DNA from: Acidimicrobiia bacterium
GTDB taxonomy: Bacteria > Actinomycetota > Acidimicrobiia > Spongiisociales > UBA5794
Reading direction: 5' to 3'
Length of the DNA stretch: 64,000 nucleotides
Assembly: GCA_024762335.1 (NCBI GenBank)
Contig: JANTHO010000006.1
Span: 1,912-65,911, forward strand
The position numbers were made by a program, and so were the translations under genes. The notes beneath the pieces were generated by a model. The model was given only the letters and a program-made list of their open reading frames with translations. It was not told the DNA's origin and ran no database searches. Below, in pieces: positions 35,625 to 45,900 of this stretch (position 1 is its first letter; each line of letters begins with the position of its first letter).

Positions 35625-36743
35625 ATGAAACCCCTTCTCAAGACCCTTATCGTTGCCGTCGCGCTCGCCACGATTGCTGCGGCGTGCTCAGCCGGAAACG
35701 CCACCGAAGCCGCGCCCGCCGCCACCACCACGTCCACCGAACCTGTGACGACATCCGAGGTGCCGACGACAGCGGAGACAACCTCGACGACATCGACATC
35801 GTCAACGTCGACCACGACGACCACCACCCTTGCCGCCGAAGTCGCGCCGACCATCAACGGCCTGCCAGGCGAAGACGGCACGGAGGATCGTCGGATCGTC
35901 GCCGTCAAAATCGACAACCACCCTGCGGCACGGCCGCAGTCGGGCATCGAGGCAGCGGACGCCGTCTATGAGGTTCTCGTCGAAGGCGGTCTCACGCGAT
36001 TCATCGGGATGTTCCAGCAGTCGGACAGCGACTACGTGGGTCCGAACCGTTCCGGTAGACCGACCGACTCCACGCTGATGGCGCCATTGGGCGCGGCGTT
36101 TCAGATTTCAGGGGCACAGTCCTGGGTACAGGACATCTTCAAACGGGACGGCGTCCACGTCAGCTACGACACTGGGGCGACGACGTGGCGGATGCACCAT
36201 CGTGTGGCACCGCACAACCTGTACACGTCGACGCTCAAGATCCGGGACTACGCGGATGCCCGCGGCTGGCCGGACGAGGCTCCATCCCCGTTGTTCGTCT
36301 ACGGGAACGAACCGACCGAAGCGTCGAGTTCTGCTGACACGATCACCCTCGATTGGTCGGATCACCCCAGCGTCGTATGGAAGTGGGACGGGGAACAGTA
36401 TCTGCGATTCAACGGCACGACTCCGCATGAGTGGGTTGACGACCGTGCCTCGGTCGACGAGGCCGGACAGATCGCGACCGACACCATCGTCGTGATCGAA
36501 GGACGCAAGTACACGGCATCTGACCCTGCCGGCAAAGGCTCGTCCGTTCCAGCCATCCACACCGTCGGCACCGGCGATGCGCTTGTCTTCTACGACGGCG
36601 GCATGTTCGAAGCGACGTGGACCCGGGATTCGATCGACGAACTGATCCGCATCGTGGACGACGAAGGCAATGACGTGATCCTGCCCGCGGGACGGATCTG
36701 GATCAACGTCTTTCCCGACAACCGCACCGTCGCCTGGGAGTAG
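35625..36743 (+). CDS. DUF3048-family lipoprotein (YerB-like)
   Basis: Lipobox LATIAAAC|S, a Thr/Ser-rich linker, then RRIVAVKIDNHPAARPQSGIEAADAVYEVLVEGGLTRFIGMF, typical of DUF3048. Confidence 0.85.
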   Translation: MKPLLKTLIVAVALATIAAACSAGNATEAAPAATTTSTEPVTTSEVPTTAETTSTTSTSSTSTTTTTTLAAEVAPTINGLPGEDGTEDRRIVAVKIDNHPAARPQSGIEAADAVYEVLVEGGLTRFIGMFQQSDSDYVGPNRSGRPTDSTLMAPLGAAFQISGAQSWVQDIFKRDGVHVSYDTGATTWRMHHRVAPHNLYTSTLKIRDYADARGWPDEAPSPLFVYGNEPTEASSSADTITLDWSDHPSVVWKWDGEQYLRFNGTTPHEWVDDRASVDEAGQIATDTIVVIEGRKYTASDPAGKGSSVPAIHTVGTGDALVFYDGGMFEATWTRDSIDELIRIVDDEGNDVILPAGRIWINVFPDNRTVAWE

Positions 36744-36746
36744 CCG

Positions 36747-38132
36747 ATGGGAGCGATCGCCGTCCTCTCCGAGACGATCCGACGTGGAGATCGAACGGCG
36801 GTCCAGGCGATCGGCGCCGCGCTCGATGTGGCCGAATCTTCACAACTCGACCTGAACGCCTTTACGACGATCGATCGCGGCGGCTCGCTCGATCGGGCGA
36901 CAGCGATTGATGGACAGATCGACACCGGTGGCGACGTGGGTCCACTTGCCGGGGTGCCTGTTGCGATCAAGGATCTGATCGACCAAGAAGGTACTCGGAC
37001 GACGAACGGCGCCGCTTTCCCGACCACGCCTGCGAAGGCTTCGGCAACCGTTGTGCGACGTCTCGAAGATGCCGGGGCGGTCATCATCGGACGAACCGGT
37101 CTTCACGAGTTCGCCTTCGGATTCACGTCCGAGAATCAGCACTTCGGCCCGGTCCGCAATCCGTGGGATCCGAACCTCTCGCCGGGCGGCTCCTCCGGCG
37201 GATCCGCCGCAGCGGTGGCCGCGGGGATCGTCTCCGTCGCCATCGGAACCGATACCGGCGGGTCGATCCGCGTTCCGGCCGCTCTGTGCGGTGTCGTGGG
37301 GCTCAAAGTCACCCACGGCCGCGTGCCGCTCACGGGCGTTACACCGCTTGCACAGTCTCTCGACACGGTGGGACCGATCGCACGCTCCGTGGCCGACCTC
37401 GCCGCCGTGTACATGGTCATCGCAGGCGACGATCCGTCGGATCCATGGTCGGCCCCGCTTTCGGTCGAGGCGCCCGGGGAAGCCCGCGACCCGTCGACAC
37501 TTCGTATCGGTATCCCGCGCCAGTGGATGGACGTCCCGACCGACGAGGCCACTCGCGACGCCTTCCGGAGTACGATCGACCACCTCCGATCGCTCGGAGC
37601 GACGGTCGAAACCATCGACGATCCGGCGCTCGAGAAGACCGATCCGGCCACGTTCGCAGCCGCAGCGGAAGTGTTCCGGGTGCATCGTGAGCGGTGGGAG
37701 AAACATCCCGACACCTACGGGTCCGACGTGGCCGAACGGCTCCGGCTGGCGGCGACCGTCGGTCTCGACACCGCGGTGGACGTTCTCGAATGGGATGCCG
37801 GCGCCCGTCATGCCCTCGCACGCATCTTCACTCGGTTCGATGTGCTCGCCACACCGACCGTGGGGTCGACGAGGAAGGTCATCGGAGACGACAAGATCGA
37901 CATCGACGGCGAGCGGTTCTCCCACCGCACGGTCATCGCCCAGTACACGTGGCCGGTGAACCGGGTGGGGAACCCCGCTCTTGCCCTCCCGATCAAGAGC
38001 GAAGGTACCCCGCCGGCGAGTCTCCAGCTGATCGGTCCCCGATGGGGTGAAGCTGCGCTCCTCGAGATCGGTCTCGGTCTCGAAGAGTCCGGGATCGTCC
38101 AGGTTCGCCAACCCCCCATTTACTTCGGATAG
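36747..38132 (+). CDS. Amidase (amidase-signature family)
   Basis: GVPVAIKDLI and GGSSGGSAAAVAAGIVSVAIGTDTGGSIRVPAALCG. Confidence 0.9.
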   Translation: MGAIAVLSETIRRGDRTAVQAIGAALDVAESSQLDLNAFTTIDRGGSLDRATAIDGQIDTGGDVGPLAGVPVAIKDLIDQEGTRTTNGAAFPTTPAKASATVVRRLEDAGAVIIGRTGLHEFAFGFTSENQHFGPVRNPWDPNLSPGGSSGGSAAAVAAGIVSVAIGTDTGGSIRVPAALCGVVGLKVTHGRVPLTGVTPLAQSLDTVGPIARSVADLAAVYMVIAGDDPSDPWSAPLSVEAPGEARDPSTLRIGIPRQWMDVPTDEATRDAFRSTIDHLRSLGATVETIDDPALEKTDPATFAAAAEVFRVHRERWEKHPDTYGSDVAERLRLAATVGLDTAVDVLEWDAGARHALARIFTRFDVLATPTVGSTRKVIGDDKIDIDGERFSHRTVIAQYTWPVNRVGNPALALPIKSEGTPPASLQLIGPRWGEAALLEIGLGLEESGIVQVRQPPIYFG

Positions 38133-38265
38133 GGCAACCTCTCTCCCTCTCATCCGCAATCGACCGACGGTCGACGGACATGTGATTTGAATGGCATAGA
38201 CTTGACCCCCGCACATCGGAGGACCGGCTCGTGCCGGACTCCAATCGCAATCAGGAGCAGACACC

Positions 38266-40140
38266 GTGTCATCAGACACCGAGACCGACGCACGGCCCAC
38301 ACCCGAGAAGATCGACCGGGTCGTGATCCGGTTCGCCGGCGACTCAGGCGACGGCATGCAGCTCGCAGGTACGCAGTTCACAGCGAGCTCGGCGATGTTC
38401 GGCAACGACCTCGCCACCCTGCCAAATTTCCCTTCCGAGATCCGGGCACCTGCCGGCACGATCGCCGGGGTATCGTCGTTCCAGGTCCACATTGCCGACT
38501 GGGACATTCTCACCCCCGGAGATCATCCCGACTGCCTCATCGCGATGAATCCTGCGGCCCTCAAAGCCAACCTCCACGACCTCAAACCCGGGGCGCTCAT
38601 CATCGTCAACGTCGACGCGTTCAACGAGCGGAACCTCGCCAAGGCCGGATACGAGTCGAACCCGCTCGAGGATGATTCGCTGCGCGCCTATCACGTGCTC
38701 ACTGCACCGATGGAGGAGTTGACGAAGAAGGCGCTCGTGGGCACCGGCGTCAAGGGTCGGGCGGTGCTCCGCTCGAAGAACTTCTTCGCACTCGGTCTGA
38801 TGTCATGGATGTATTCGCGGCCGCTCAAGCCGGTCGAGCAATGGATCACGAAGAAGTTCGGTGAGGACAATCCGGTCGCCGCCGCGAACCTCGCGGCGCT
38901 CCATGCCGGGTACAACTACGGCATCACCGCCGAAGGCTTCCACCACACATTCGAAGTTGAACCCGCGGCGCTCCCGAAGGGGGAGTACACGAACATCAGC
39001 GGCAACATCGCCACCGCATGGGGTCTGATCGCCGGTGCCCGGGCTGCGAACCTGCCGCTATTCCTCGGTTCCTACCCGATTACCCCGGCCACGTCGATTC
39101 TCGAAGAGCTGGCGAAGCAGAAGCACTTCGGGGTGAAGACCTTCCAGGCCGAAGATGAGATCGCCGGTGTCGGCAGCGCCGTCGGGGCCGCCTTCGCAGG
39201 AAACCTGGCTGCGACGACGACATCGGGTCCCGGTCTCGCTCTCAAGTCCGAGACGATCAGCCTTGCCTTCACTCTCGAACTGCCGCTCATCGTCATCGAT
39301 GTGCAGCGTGCCGGACCGTCGACCGGCATGCCGACGAAGGTCGAGCAATCCGATCTCCTCTTCGCCATGTACGGCCGTCACGGAGAGGCACCGCTCCCGG
39401 TGGTGTCGATCGCATCACCTGCCGATGCGTTCTCGGCGACGATGGAAGCCGTCCGAATCGCCACGAAGTACATGACGCCGGTGATCCTGCTCTCCGACGG
39501 CTACATCGCTAACTCGTCCGAACCGTGGAAGCTCCCGGACGTAGCGGACCTGCCGACCTTCCCCGTGACGTTCACGACCGAACCGAACCATGGTGACGAG
39601 TTCCTGCCGTACACGAGGGATCCGGAGACGCTCGCACGGCCGTGGGCCATCCCCGGCACACCGGGCCTCGAGCACCGCGTCGGCGGTCTCGAGAAGCACG
39701 ATGGCACCGGCAACGTCGCGTATGAGCCGGACAATCATCAGCTCATGACGGAGCTGCGGGCGGCGAAGATCGATGCGATCCGCAAAGACATCCCGCCGAT
39801 CAAGGTGCACGGCGACGCCGACTCGAAAATCCTCGTTCTCGGATGGGGATCGACCTTCTCGGCGATTCGTGCCGGAGTGCTCAACGCCCGGCGTAACGGG
39901 CGATCCGTGGCCCACGCACAGATCCGGCATCTCAACCCGCTTCCTCCCGACCTCGGCGATGTGCTCGAGGGACGGGAGGTGATCCTCATCCCGGAGTTGA
40001 ACAACGGGCAATTCGCCAGGATGATCCGGGCCGAGTACCTGATCGCCCCGAGATCGTTCGCCAAGATCCAGGGGGAGCCGTTCAAGGCGGACGAGATCGA
40101 AGAACAACTGAACGAGATCTGCCGGGAGATCAACTCATGA
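38266..40140 (+). CDS. korA: 2-oxoglutarate/2-oxoacid:ferredoxin oxidoreductase subunit alpha
   Basis: VVIRFAGDSGDGMQLAGTQFT, YPITPATSILEEL, FQAEDEIAGVGSAVGAAFAG. GTG start after CAGGAG. Confidence 0.95.
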   Translation: MSSDTETDARPTPEKIDRVVIRFAGDSGDGMQLAGTQFTASSAMFGNDLATLPNFPSEIRAPAGTIAGVSSFQVHIADWDILTPGDHPDCLIAMNPAALKANLHDLKPGALIIVNVDAFNERNLAKAGYESNPLEDDSLRAYHVLTAPMEELTKKALVGTGVKGRAVLRSKNFFALGLMSWMYSRPLKPVEQWITKKFGEDNPVAAANLAALHAGYNYGITAEGFHHTFEVEPAALPKGEYTNISGNIATAWGLIAGARAANLPLFLGSYPITPATSILEELAKQKHFGVKTFQAEDEIAGVGSAVGAAFAGNLAATTTSGPGLALKSETISLAFTLELPLIVIDVQRAGPSTGMPTKVEQSDLLFAMYGRHGEAPLPVVSIASPADAFSATMEAVRIATKYMTPVILLSDGYIANSSEPWKLPDVADLPTFPVTFTTEPNHGDEFLPYTRDPETLARPWAIPGTPGLEHRVGGLEKHDGTGNVAYEPDNHQLMTELRAAKIDAIRKDIPPIKVHGDADSKILVLGWGSTFSAIRAGVLNARRNGRSVAHAQIRHLNPLPPDLGDVLEGREVILIPELNNGQFARMIRAEYLIAPRSFAKIQGEPFKADEIEEQLNEICREINS

Positions 40141-41153
40141 ACATCGACGTCAAGCAATACACGAGGGCAGATTTCCAGTCGAATCAGGAGGTCCGCTGGT
40201 GCCCGGGGTGCGGCGACTACACGATCCTCGCTTCGGTGCAGACGTTCCTCGCCGAACTCGGCATCGACCGGGAGAAGCACGTGTTCATCTCGGGTATCGG
40301 CTGCTCGAGCCGGTTCCCGTACTACATGAACACCTACGGGATGCACAGCATTCACGGGCGGGCTCCGGCAATCGCTTCCGGTGTGGCTGCGGCGAACCCG
40401 GACCTCACCGTGTGGGTGATCACCGGCGACGGTGACGCACTGTCGATCGGCGGCAACCACCTCATCCACGCCTTGCGTCGCAACATCAACCTGAAGATCT
40501 TGCTGTTCAACAACCAGATCTACGGGCTGACGAAGGGCCAATACTCGCCGACCTCGGAGCAGGGGAAGCGGACGAAGACATCGCCGATGGGTTCCATCGA
40601 TTACCCGTTCAACCCGGTGAGCCTCGCCCTCGGAGCAGAAGCGACGTTCGTCGCACGCACGCTCGACATGGACCGGAAGCACACGGCCGAGATCCTCGCT
40701 GCCGCCGCCGAGCATCGCGGGACGGCGTTCATCGAGTTCTATCAGAACTGCAACGTTTTCAACGACAAGGCGTTCATCGAGCTGACGAGCCGGGAGACTC
40801 GCGACGACAATCGCGTCTATCTCGATCACGGCAAACCGATCCTGTTCGGCCCCGACAATGAGTTCGGGATCCGGATCGGACCGACCGGCGCCGAGATCGT
40901 CGAGGTGTCGAAGGTAGGCATCGACTCCATCCAGGTCCACAACGCTAAGGATCCCGAACCGGGTGTCGCCTTCGCCCTGAGCCGTCTTTCGCGCGGCCCG
41001 CACGGTCCGACCCCGCTCGGGATCTTCCGCGACGTGGAACGTCCCGTCTACGAGGACTTGCTCGTCGGTCAGATCGAAGAGGCCCAAGCCCAGAAGGGCA
41101 CCGGCGATCTCGCCGACCTGCTCCGCTCAACGGGAACCTGGACCACCAACTAG
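40137..41153 (+). CDS. korB: 2-oxoglutarate/2-oxoacid:ferredoxin oxidoreductase subunit beta
   Basis: WCPGCGDYTILASVQ, SGIGCSSRFPYY, GDGDALSIGGNHLIH (TPP-binding). ATGA overlap with korA. Confidence 0.95.
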   Translation: MNIDVKQYTRADFQSNQEVRWCPGCGDYTILASVQTFLAELGIDREKHVFISGIGCSSRFPYYMNTYGMHSIHGRAPAIASGVAAANPDLTVWVITGDGDALSIGGNHLIHALRRNINLKILLFNNQIYGLTKGQYSPTSEQGKRTKTSPMGSIDYPFNPVSLALGAEATFVARTLDMDRKHTAEILAAAAEHRGTAFIEFYQNCNVFNDKAFIELTSRETRDDNRVYLDHGKPILFGPDNEFGIRIGPTGAEIVEVSKVGIDSIQVHNAKDPEPGVAFALSRLSRGPHGPTPLGIFRDVERPVYEDLLVGQIEEAQAQKGTGDLADLLRSTGTWTTN

Positions 41154-41155
41154 CG

Positions 41156-41220
41156 CACACCCAGGCGTCTGGCGTTGATATGAATGAAATACGGTCTGTG
41201 GCGACACCAGACTGGGCAGG
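41156..41220 (+). promoter_or_regulatory. Conserved ~65-bp leader element, copy A (between the korB stop and the AlkD-like start)
   Basis: About 75-80% identical to 56593-56660. Contains the inverted repeat GTCTGGCG (41167-41174) / CACCAGAC (41205-41212) and an internal alternative arm GTCTG (41193-41197). Confidence 0.45.
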
Positions 41221-41222
41221 GA

Positions 41223-41915
41223 ATGGGCTTGAACACTGATCGCCTCGCCGCGTTCGTGGGGGGACGGCTCGCCGCGGCGGCCGATCCGGACAAGGCCGGG
41301 CCGATGGCGGCATACATGAAGACCGACATGCCGTTCTACGGCGTGCAGAAGGCCGGACGGGTGCCGATCCTCCGCGAGGCGGTCGCCGGGTTCCCAGCGA
41401 AGACGAGAGATGAGTATCGCGCCGCCGTTCTCGCCCTCTGGCGGCAACCTCACCGGGAGGAGAAGTATCTCGCCATCGGGTACGCGGCGGCCTTCCCCCG
41501 CTTCGTCACGCTCTCGTCTGTCTCGCTCTACCGAAAGATGATCGTCGAAGGTGCCTGGTGGGATTTCGTCGACGGGATCGCCACCAGCCTTGTCGGTGAG
41601 GTTCTCCTCAACCAGCGGGAGCGGATGACACCGAGGATCAGGGCGTGGATCGACGATCCGGATCTGTGGCTCCGCAGAACGGCGATCATCTCACAACTCG
41701 GGCACAAGGATCGGACCGATGAGGATTTGTTGTTCGAGGCGTGCGAACGGCGAATGTACGAACGGGAGTTCTTCATCCGCAAGGCGATCGGCTGGGCGCT
41801 GCGCGACTACGCCAGGACCGCTCCCGAAGCCGTCGCTGCATTCGTGACCGAACACCGAGTGGGTCTGTCGGGGTTGTCGTACAGAGAGGCCACGAAGCAC
41901 CTCGACCTCGGATAG
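41223..41915 (+). CDS. DNA alkylation repair protein (AlkD-like HEAT-repeat family)
   Basis: GPMAAYMKTDMPFYGVQKAGR, DPDLWLRRTAIISQL, REFFIRKAIGWALRDYAR. An alternative ATG at 41184 lies inside the conserved leader, so I prefer 41223. Confidence 0.8.
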   Translation: MGLNTDRLAAFVGGRLAAAADPDKAGPMAAYMKTDMPFYGVQKAGRVPILREAVAGFPAKTRDEYRAAVLALWRQPHREEKYLAIGYAAAFPRFVTLSSVSLYRKMIVEGAWWDFVDGIATSLVGEVLLNQRERMTPRIRAWIDDPDLWLRRTAIISQLGHKDRTDEDLLFEACERRMYEREFFIRKAIGWALRDYARTAPEAVAAFVTEHRVGLSGLSYREATKHLDLG

Positions 41916-41946
41916 GCCGGCTCGCATGGACGGCGGCGCTTCCCGT

Positions 41947-42045
41947 GGCTTCACGGGCTTCGACGTCGAGCGAGATGAGAAAGTGATCCGGTCAACGAAA
42001 GCCGGAGACGCGATCGACGTCGTGCTCATGGCGCGTAGGCCGTGA
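41947..42045 (+). pseudogene. 3' fragment of a SAM methyltransferase gene (paralog of 56667..57263)
   Basis: Reads GFTGFDVERDEKVIRSTKAGDAIDVVLMARRP*, against FAGFDVERNEKVIRSTNAGDAIDIVLVARKP* at 57165-57263. No 5' part is present. Confidence 0.8.
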
Positions 42046-42230
42046 ATCGGATACGCGTTGTACGGATGGTCAACCGGCAGCGCGTCACATCCGTCCAACC
42101 CCCGCCAGGGATCGGGCCGAGAACCCTGCCGTCCTCCTACGTCACGCAGCGGTTGTCACCTTGTACGCAGACCATGCCTTCGGGGACGGTGGCAGCGGAC
42201 TCGTCGCACTTCGCCGTCGACGTGGATCTC
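42046..42230 (-). pseudogene. 3' fragment of a sodX-type signal peptidase gene (paralog of 57265..57735)
   Basis: The minus strand reads PEGMVCVQGDNRCVT*EDGRVLGPIP, against PEGMVWVLGDNRCGSSVDSRVLGPIP in the full copy. It has an in-frame TAG (42137-42139) and a ~30-bp internal deletion. Confidence 0.75.
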
Positions 42231-42269
42231 ACGGACCTGTTGCGTTCAACGGGGACGTGGACGACGAAC
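42225..42269 (+). pseudogene. Fragment matching the last 15 codons of korB
   Basis: DLTDLLRSTGTWTTN against DLADLLRSTGTWTTN* at 41106-41150. 36 of 45 nt are identical, and 7 of the 9 differences are at third codon positions. Confidence 0.7.
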
Positions 42270-42345
42270 GATCAGCCGGGAATCGATGTCGCCACTCTGC
42301 CGCCGCGGTTCCGTGGGGACGGAGTTGAGTTCCTACCGTCCGGCT

Positions 42346-42801
42346 TCAGATGCCGAGCCAGTATGCAATGTCATCGCCGAGGGGCTTGTACTGTGGACAC
42401 AGGTACCGGGGTGCCGCCGAGAGGATGAGCCCGTATGTTGCAACCTCCGTGGAGTCGAGATGGCGGAGATCTTGGGTCCAGAGAACCCGGATCGCGTAGT
42501 GGGCATCCCTTCCCTGGTTGAAGAACCCCTCCAGACTCGCACAGACGTCGTCGCCGGCGACGAGGATCTCGTTGCCGGTCACCGTGCTGCCGAGCGGGAG
42601 CGATCCGTTGACGGCGGCAACGTAGGTGTCGCGAGCTGCCGGATCGCCGTATCGGGGGAGGGTTGATGTGGTCGTTGCCAACGTGGCCGCGGCTTCCTGC
42701 GTGGGGCCGCTCGCGGTCGACCGGCCGATTGCGATTCCCACGAGCAGCGCCACAACGATCGCGACCGCCGCTCCGATCCATGTCCATCGTTCTCGTGTCA
42801 T
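42346..42801 (-). CDS. Membrane-anchored hypothetical protein (N-terminal TM helix; two-Cys extracytoplasmic domain, possibly DUF732-like)
   Basis: Start trimmed to MTRERWTWIGAAVAIVVALLVGIAIG. The C-terminal domain has CASLEGFF ... APRYLCPQY. Confidence 0.6.
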   Translation of the reverse strand: MTRERWTWIGAAVAIVVALLVGIAIGRSTASGPTQEAAATLATTTSTLPRYGDPAARDTYVAAVNGSLPLGSTVTGNEILVAGDDVCASLEGFFNQGRDAHYAIRVLWTQDLRHLDSTEVATYGLILSAAPRYLCPQYKPLGDDIAYWLGI

Positions 42802-42980
42802 GGGGCCACGATACTGCCGTCCCGGATCCCCAGGGCATGCAGGGTCCCGTCCACCGACGATTGAATGGACAATGGCGAAATGAGCGTTACCGTGCAGGTA
42901 CCAAACGGCGGATAGTCCACGGGTTCGAGATGAAGGCCGGTAGGAAGGCGCACTCCAAGCCAGGAGGAAGGCCCGAGAAG

Positions 42981-45900
42981 ATGTCAATCCGAACCGATCG
43001 TCCCGGCCTCAGGGAACTACTCATCGCAACACTGTTCCTGCCGTTCCTACTCGGTTTCACCACGGCCGGGGGAGACTCCGACCTGACGCACGACACATAC
43101 ACCCTCACATTCACTGCCGTGGACGGTGCAGGCCCGGGCGCCTTCGAATCGGCCGTTGTCGAGTCCACGTTCACGATGTTCGGACTCACGTGGACGGGCA
43201 TCGCGCCCGAAGAGGTGTGGTATCGCGCTTCTCCTGCCACCGGACGCTGGTCGGATTGGACATCCTTCGACGTGTCGTCGGACGATCTTCCCGACCCCGG
43301 TGGGAACGAGTCCGACTACAGGCGGTCGAGCACTGATCTGATATACGCAGGCCCGAATGAGCAGATCCAGTTCCGTCTCTCGGGGAACGTGCCGCGCGAC
43401 GTCGAACTCGTTGTGTTCGACACTTCGGGAGGCGTCGACGCCGCGAATTCACCGTTCGTCGAGGAGCCGGAACTGTCTTTGTCCGAGATGTCGGTTCCGT
43501 CCATGCCCGTCATTCGACCGCGTACCGACTGGGACCCCACCAATCGATGTCCCCCCCGTGAGATTCCCGAGGAGATCCAGGTCACGACGGCGATCGTTCA
43601 CCACACGGGCGGCACGAACCGGGCCTACTACGCGTCTGAGGTCCCGAACATCATCCTCGGATACTGCCTCTATCACCGCAACACGCTCGAATTCGACGAC
43701 ATCGCCTACAACTTCCTGATCGACCGATTCGGTGGCATCTGGGAAGGTCGGGCCGGCGGCATCGACAAGGGAATCCGGGGAGGCCACGCCAAGGGTTTCA
43801 GCAGTTACTCGACCGGCATCGTGATGATCGGGAACTTCGAAGGGGCGAGCCCGACGTGGGCTCAGCGGGCCGCGCTCGAACACCTCCTTGCATGGAAACT
43901 CAGCGTCCACAATCTTGATCCTCTCGGCATGACCAACCTCATCTCGATGGGCTCCTACAAGTACGACGAGGGCGTGCCGGTCACTCTCAACACGATCAGC
44001 GGACATCGCGATGTCCAGGCGACGGCATGCCCGGGAATCTACGCCTACAACCTGCTGCCGACCTTCAGGTCCGACGTCGCTTCCGTTTGGAGACCACCAG
44101 CGGTCGACTACTACGCGAATCCCGTCACCGGGGACTTCGACGGTGACGGCGCAGAAGAAGGAGCCGTCTACCGACGCACAGACGGAACTTGGTGGGTCTA
44201 TGACGGAGGGTCGTCGAATATTGCGCTCGATGGACCCGACGGGCAGGCCGTGGATGGTGCGATCGGTGCCGATGTGGACGGAGACGGGTCGGACGAGATC
44301 GTGGTCCGATCCGGCGCGTCCGTGAGCTTCTTGAATCTGTCCGAGGGCGCACTCGCGTCGACCGGAGTTGGTTCTCTGGGATCGGCATCAGATTGGTCCG
44401 TGGACGTCGGGGATGTGGACGGCGACGGACACGAGGATGCTGTGTTCGTGGATGGATCCGGATCCGTTCGGGTCTTGTCCGCGGGAGCCATCGCCCCGTG
44501 GGGTTCCATCGGAGCCGGCCATCAGCTCTCAGCGATCGGTGATTTCGATGGCGACGGTAGAGATGATCTCGCAGGTCTCCGCTCGACCGGCGCAGTCGAC
44601 GTGGCGCTGTCCAACGGTACCGGCTTCGGGTCCGCCGGCGTTTGGGGCGACGCAGGGCCGGAGGGCGGTTGGCAGTACCTGGTCGCAGGCGATCTCGACG
44701 GCGACGGGGATGACGACGTGGCAGCGTTCCGGTCTTCTACGAATACGTGGTATGGGCTGCGGTCGAACACGTCTTTGTTCGCTTCCATGCGTCCCATCGA
44801 GACGCCGACGCTGGACCATTGGAGCGAGGCCTTCCCCTTCGACTACCAGGACGACGGAATCGTCGAAGTAGTCGCGCTCAACGCCTACACCGGGACCTGG
44901 CATCTGGGGCGATTCGACGGATTCGAACCGGTGTTCACCCGCCTCGAAGATGCGCCGCATCGCACCACTGTTGTTCGCAACGAATCCGGGGAGGGAACCT
45001 CGTACCTCTCATGGTTCGGTCAGGAATTCTCGTGGGAAGAGACGGACTTGGGCTACGGCGTGGGTGATGAAGCGGACGCAACACGCCGAATCTTCGGCGC
45101 ATCACGCTACGAGTCGGCGGCCCGGATCTCCCGCGCGGCATTCGCCTCCGCAGATGTTGTCTTCGTTGGAACCGGTGAGAGATATCCGGATGCGCTGACG
45201 GGAGGTTCGGCGGCAGTGCGGCTCGACGCGCCGATGTTGCTCACCTCCTCGGTTTCGCTTCCAGAGAGCACGCGTGCCGAGATCGAGCGACTCCACCCCG
45301 ATCGCATCGTCCTGCTCGGCGGACCGGCGGCGGTCTCAACAGCAGTTGAGGCGGAACTCGCGGCTCTGGCACCGGACGGTGTGCTGAGGATTGGTGGAAC
45401 CGATCGCTATGAAACGGCGGCGATGATCTCGCGAACCTACTTCGCTCCATCCGCCGGGACCGTGTACGTCGCTACGGGGCTGAACTTCCCCGACGCCCTC
45501 GCCGGTGTCCCGGGAGCCGGCAGCGCCGACGCCCCGATCTTGCTGGTCCGTACCGGCTCGGTGCCCGCTACAACGGCGGCTGAAATCCGCCGGCTGGCTC
45601 CCAGCGAGATCGTCATTCTCGGCGGCCCTGTGGCCGTCTCCGAGTCCGTTGCTCAGTCGCTCACGAGTTACGCTCCGACGGTTCGGCGACTGTACGGTCA
45701 CGATCGCTATGGAACGGCCGCGGCGATCTCGGCAGAGGGTTTCGCCTCGGGAGCGGACATCGCATATATCGCTGTTGGAACCAACTTCCCGGATGCGGTC
45801 GCTGCGGGACCGGCGGCGGCACATCTCGGGGGAGTGTTGTTGCTGTCTCGGAGCGACACAGCGACAGCTCAGACGACGGGGGAGCTCCGTAGGCTTCGCG

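Noticed and set aside
35604-38132. DUF3048 lipoprotein plus amidase-signature enzyme as part of the wall-polymer system.
   Set aside because: The 3-nt spacing suggests an operon, but I see no sequence evidence tying them to the glycan or CWB2 genes beyond adjacency. I annotated them as ordinary genes.
38161-38173. 13-nt palindrome CGACCGACGGTCG upstream of korA, as a possible operator.
   Set aside because: It is short, occurs once, and is easily produced by chance in GC-rich sequence. No second half-site or repeat was seen.
42042-42666. ORFs 42042..42428 and 42058..42666 (+), spanning the region between the AlkD-like gene and the island.
   Set aside because: They read through the sodX and korB pseudogene fragments in the wrong frames and overlap the better-supported minus-strand gene 42346..42801. 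I treat them as artefacts of the recombination scar.
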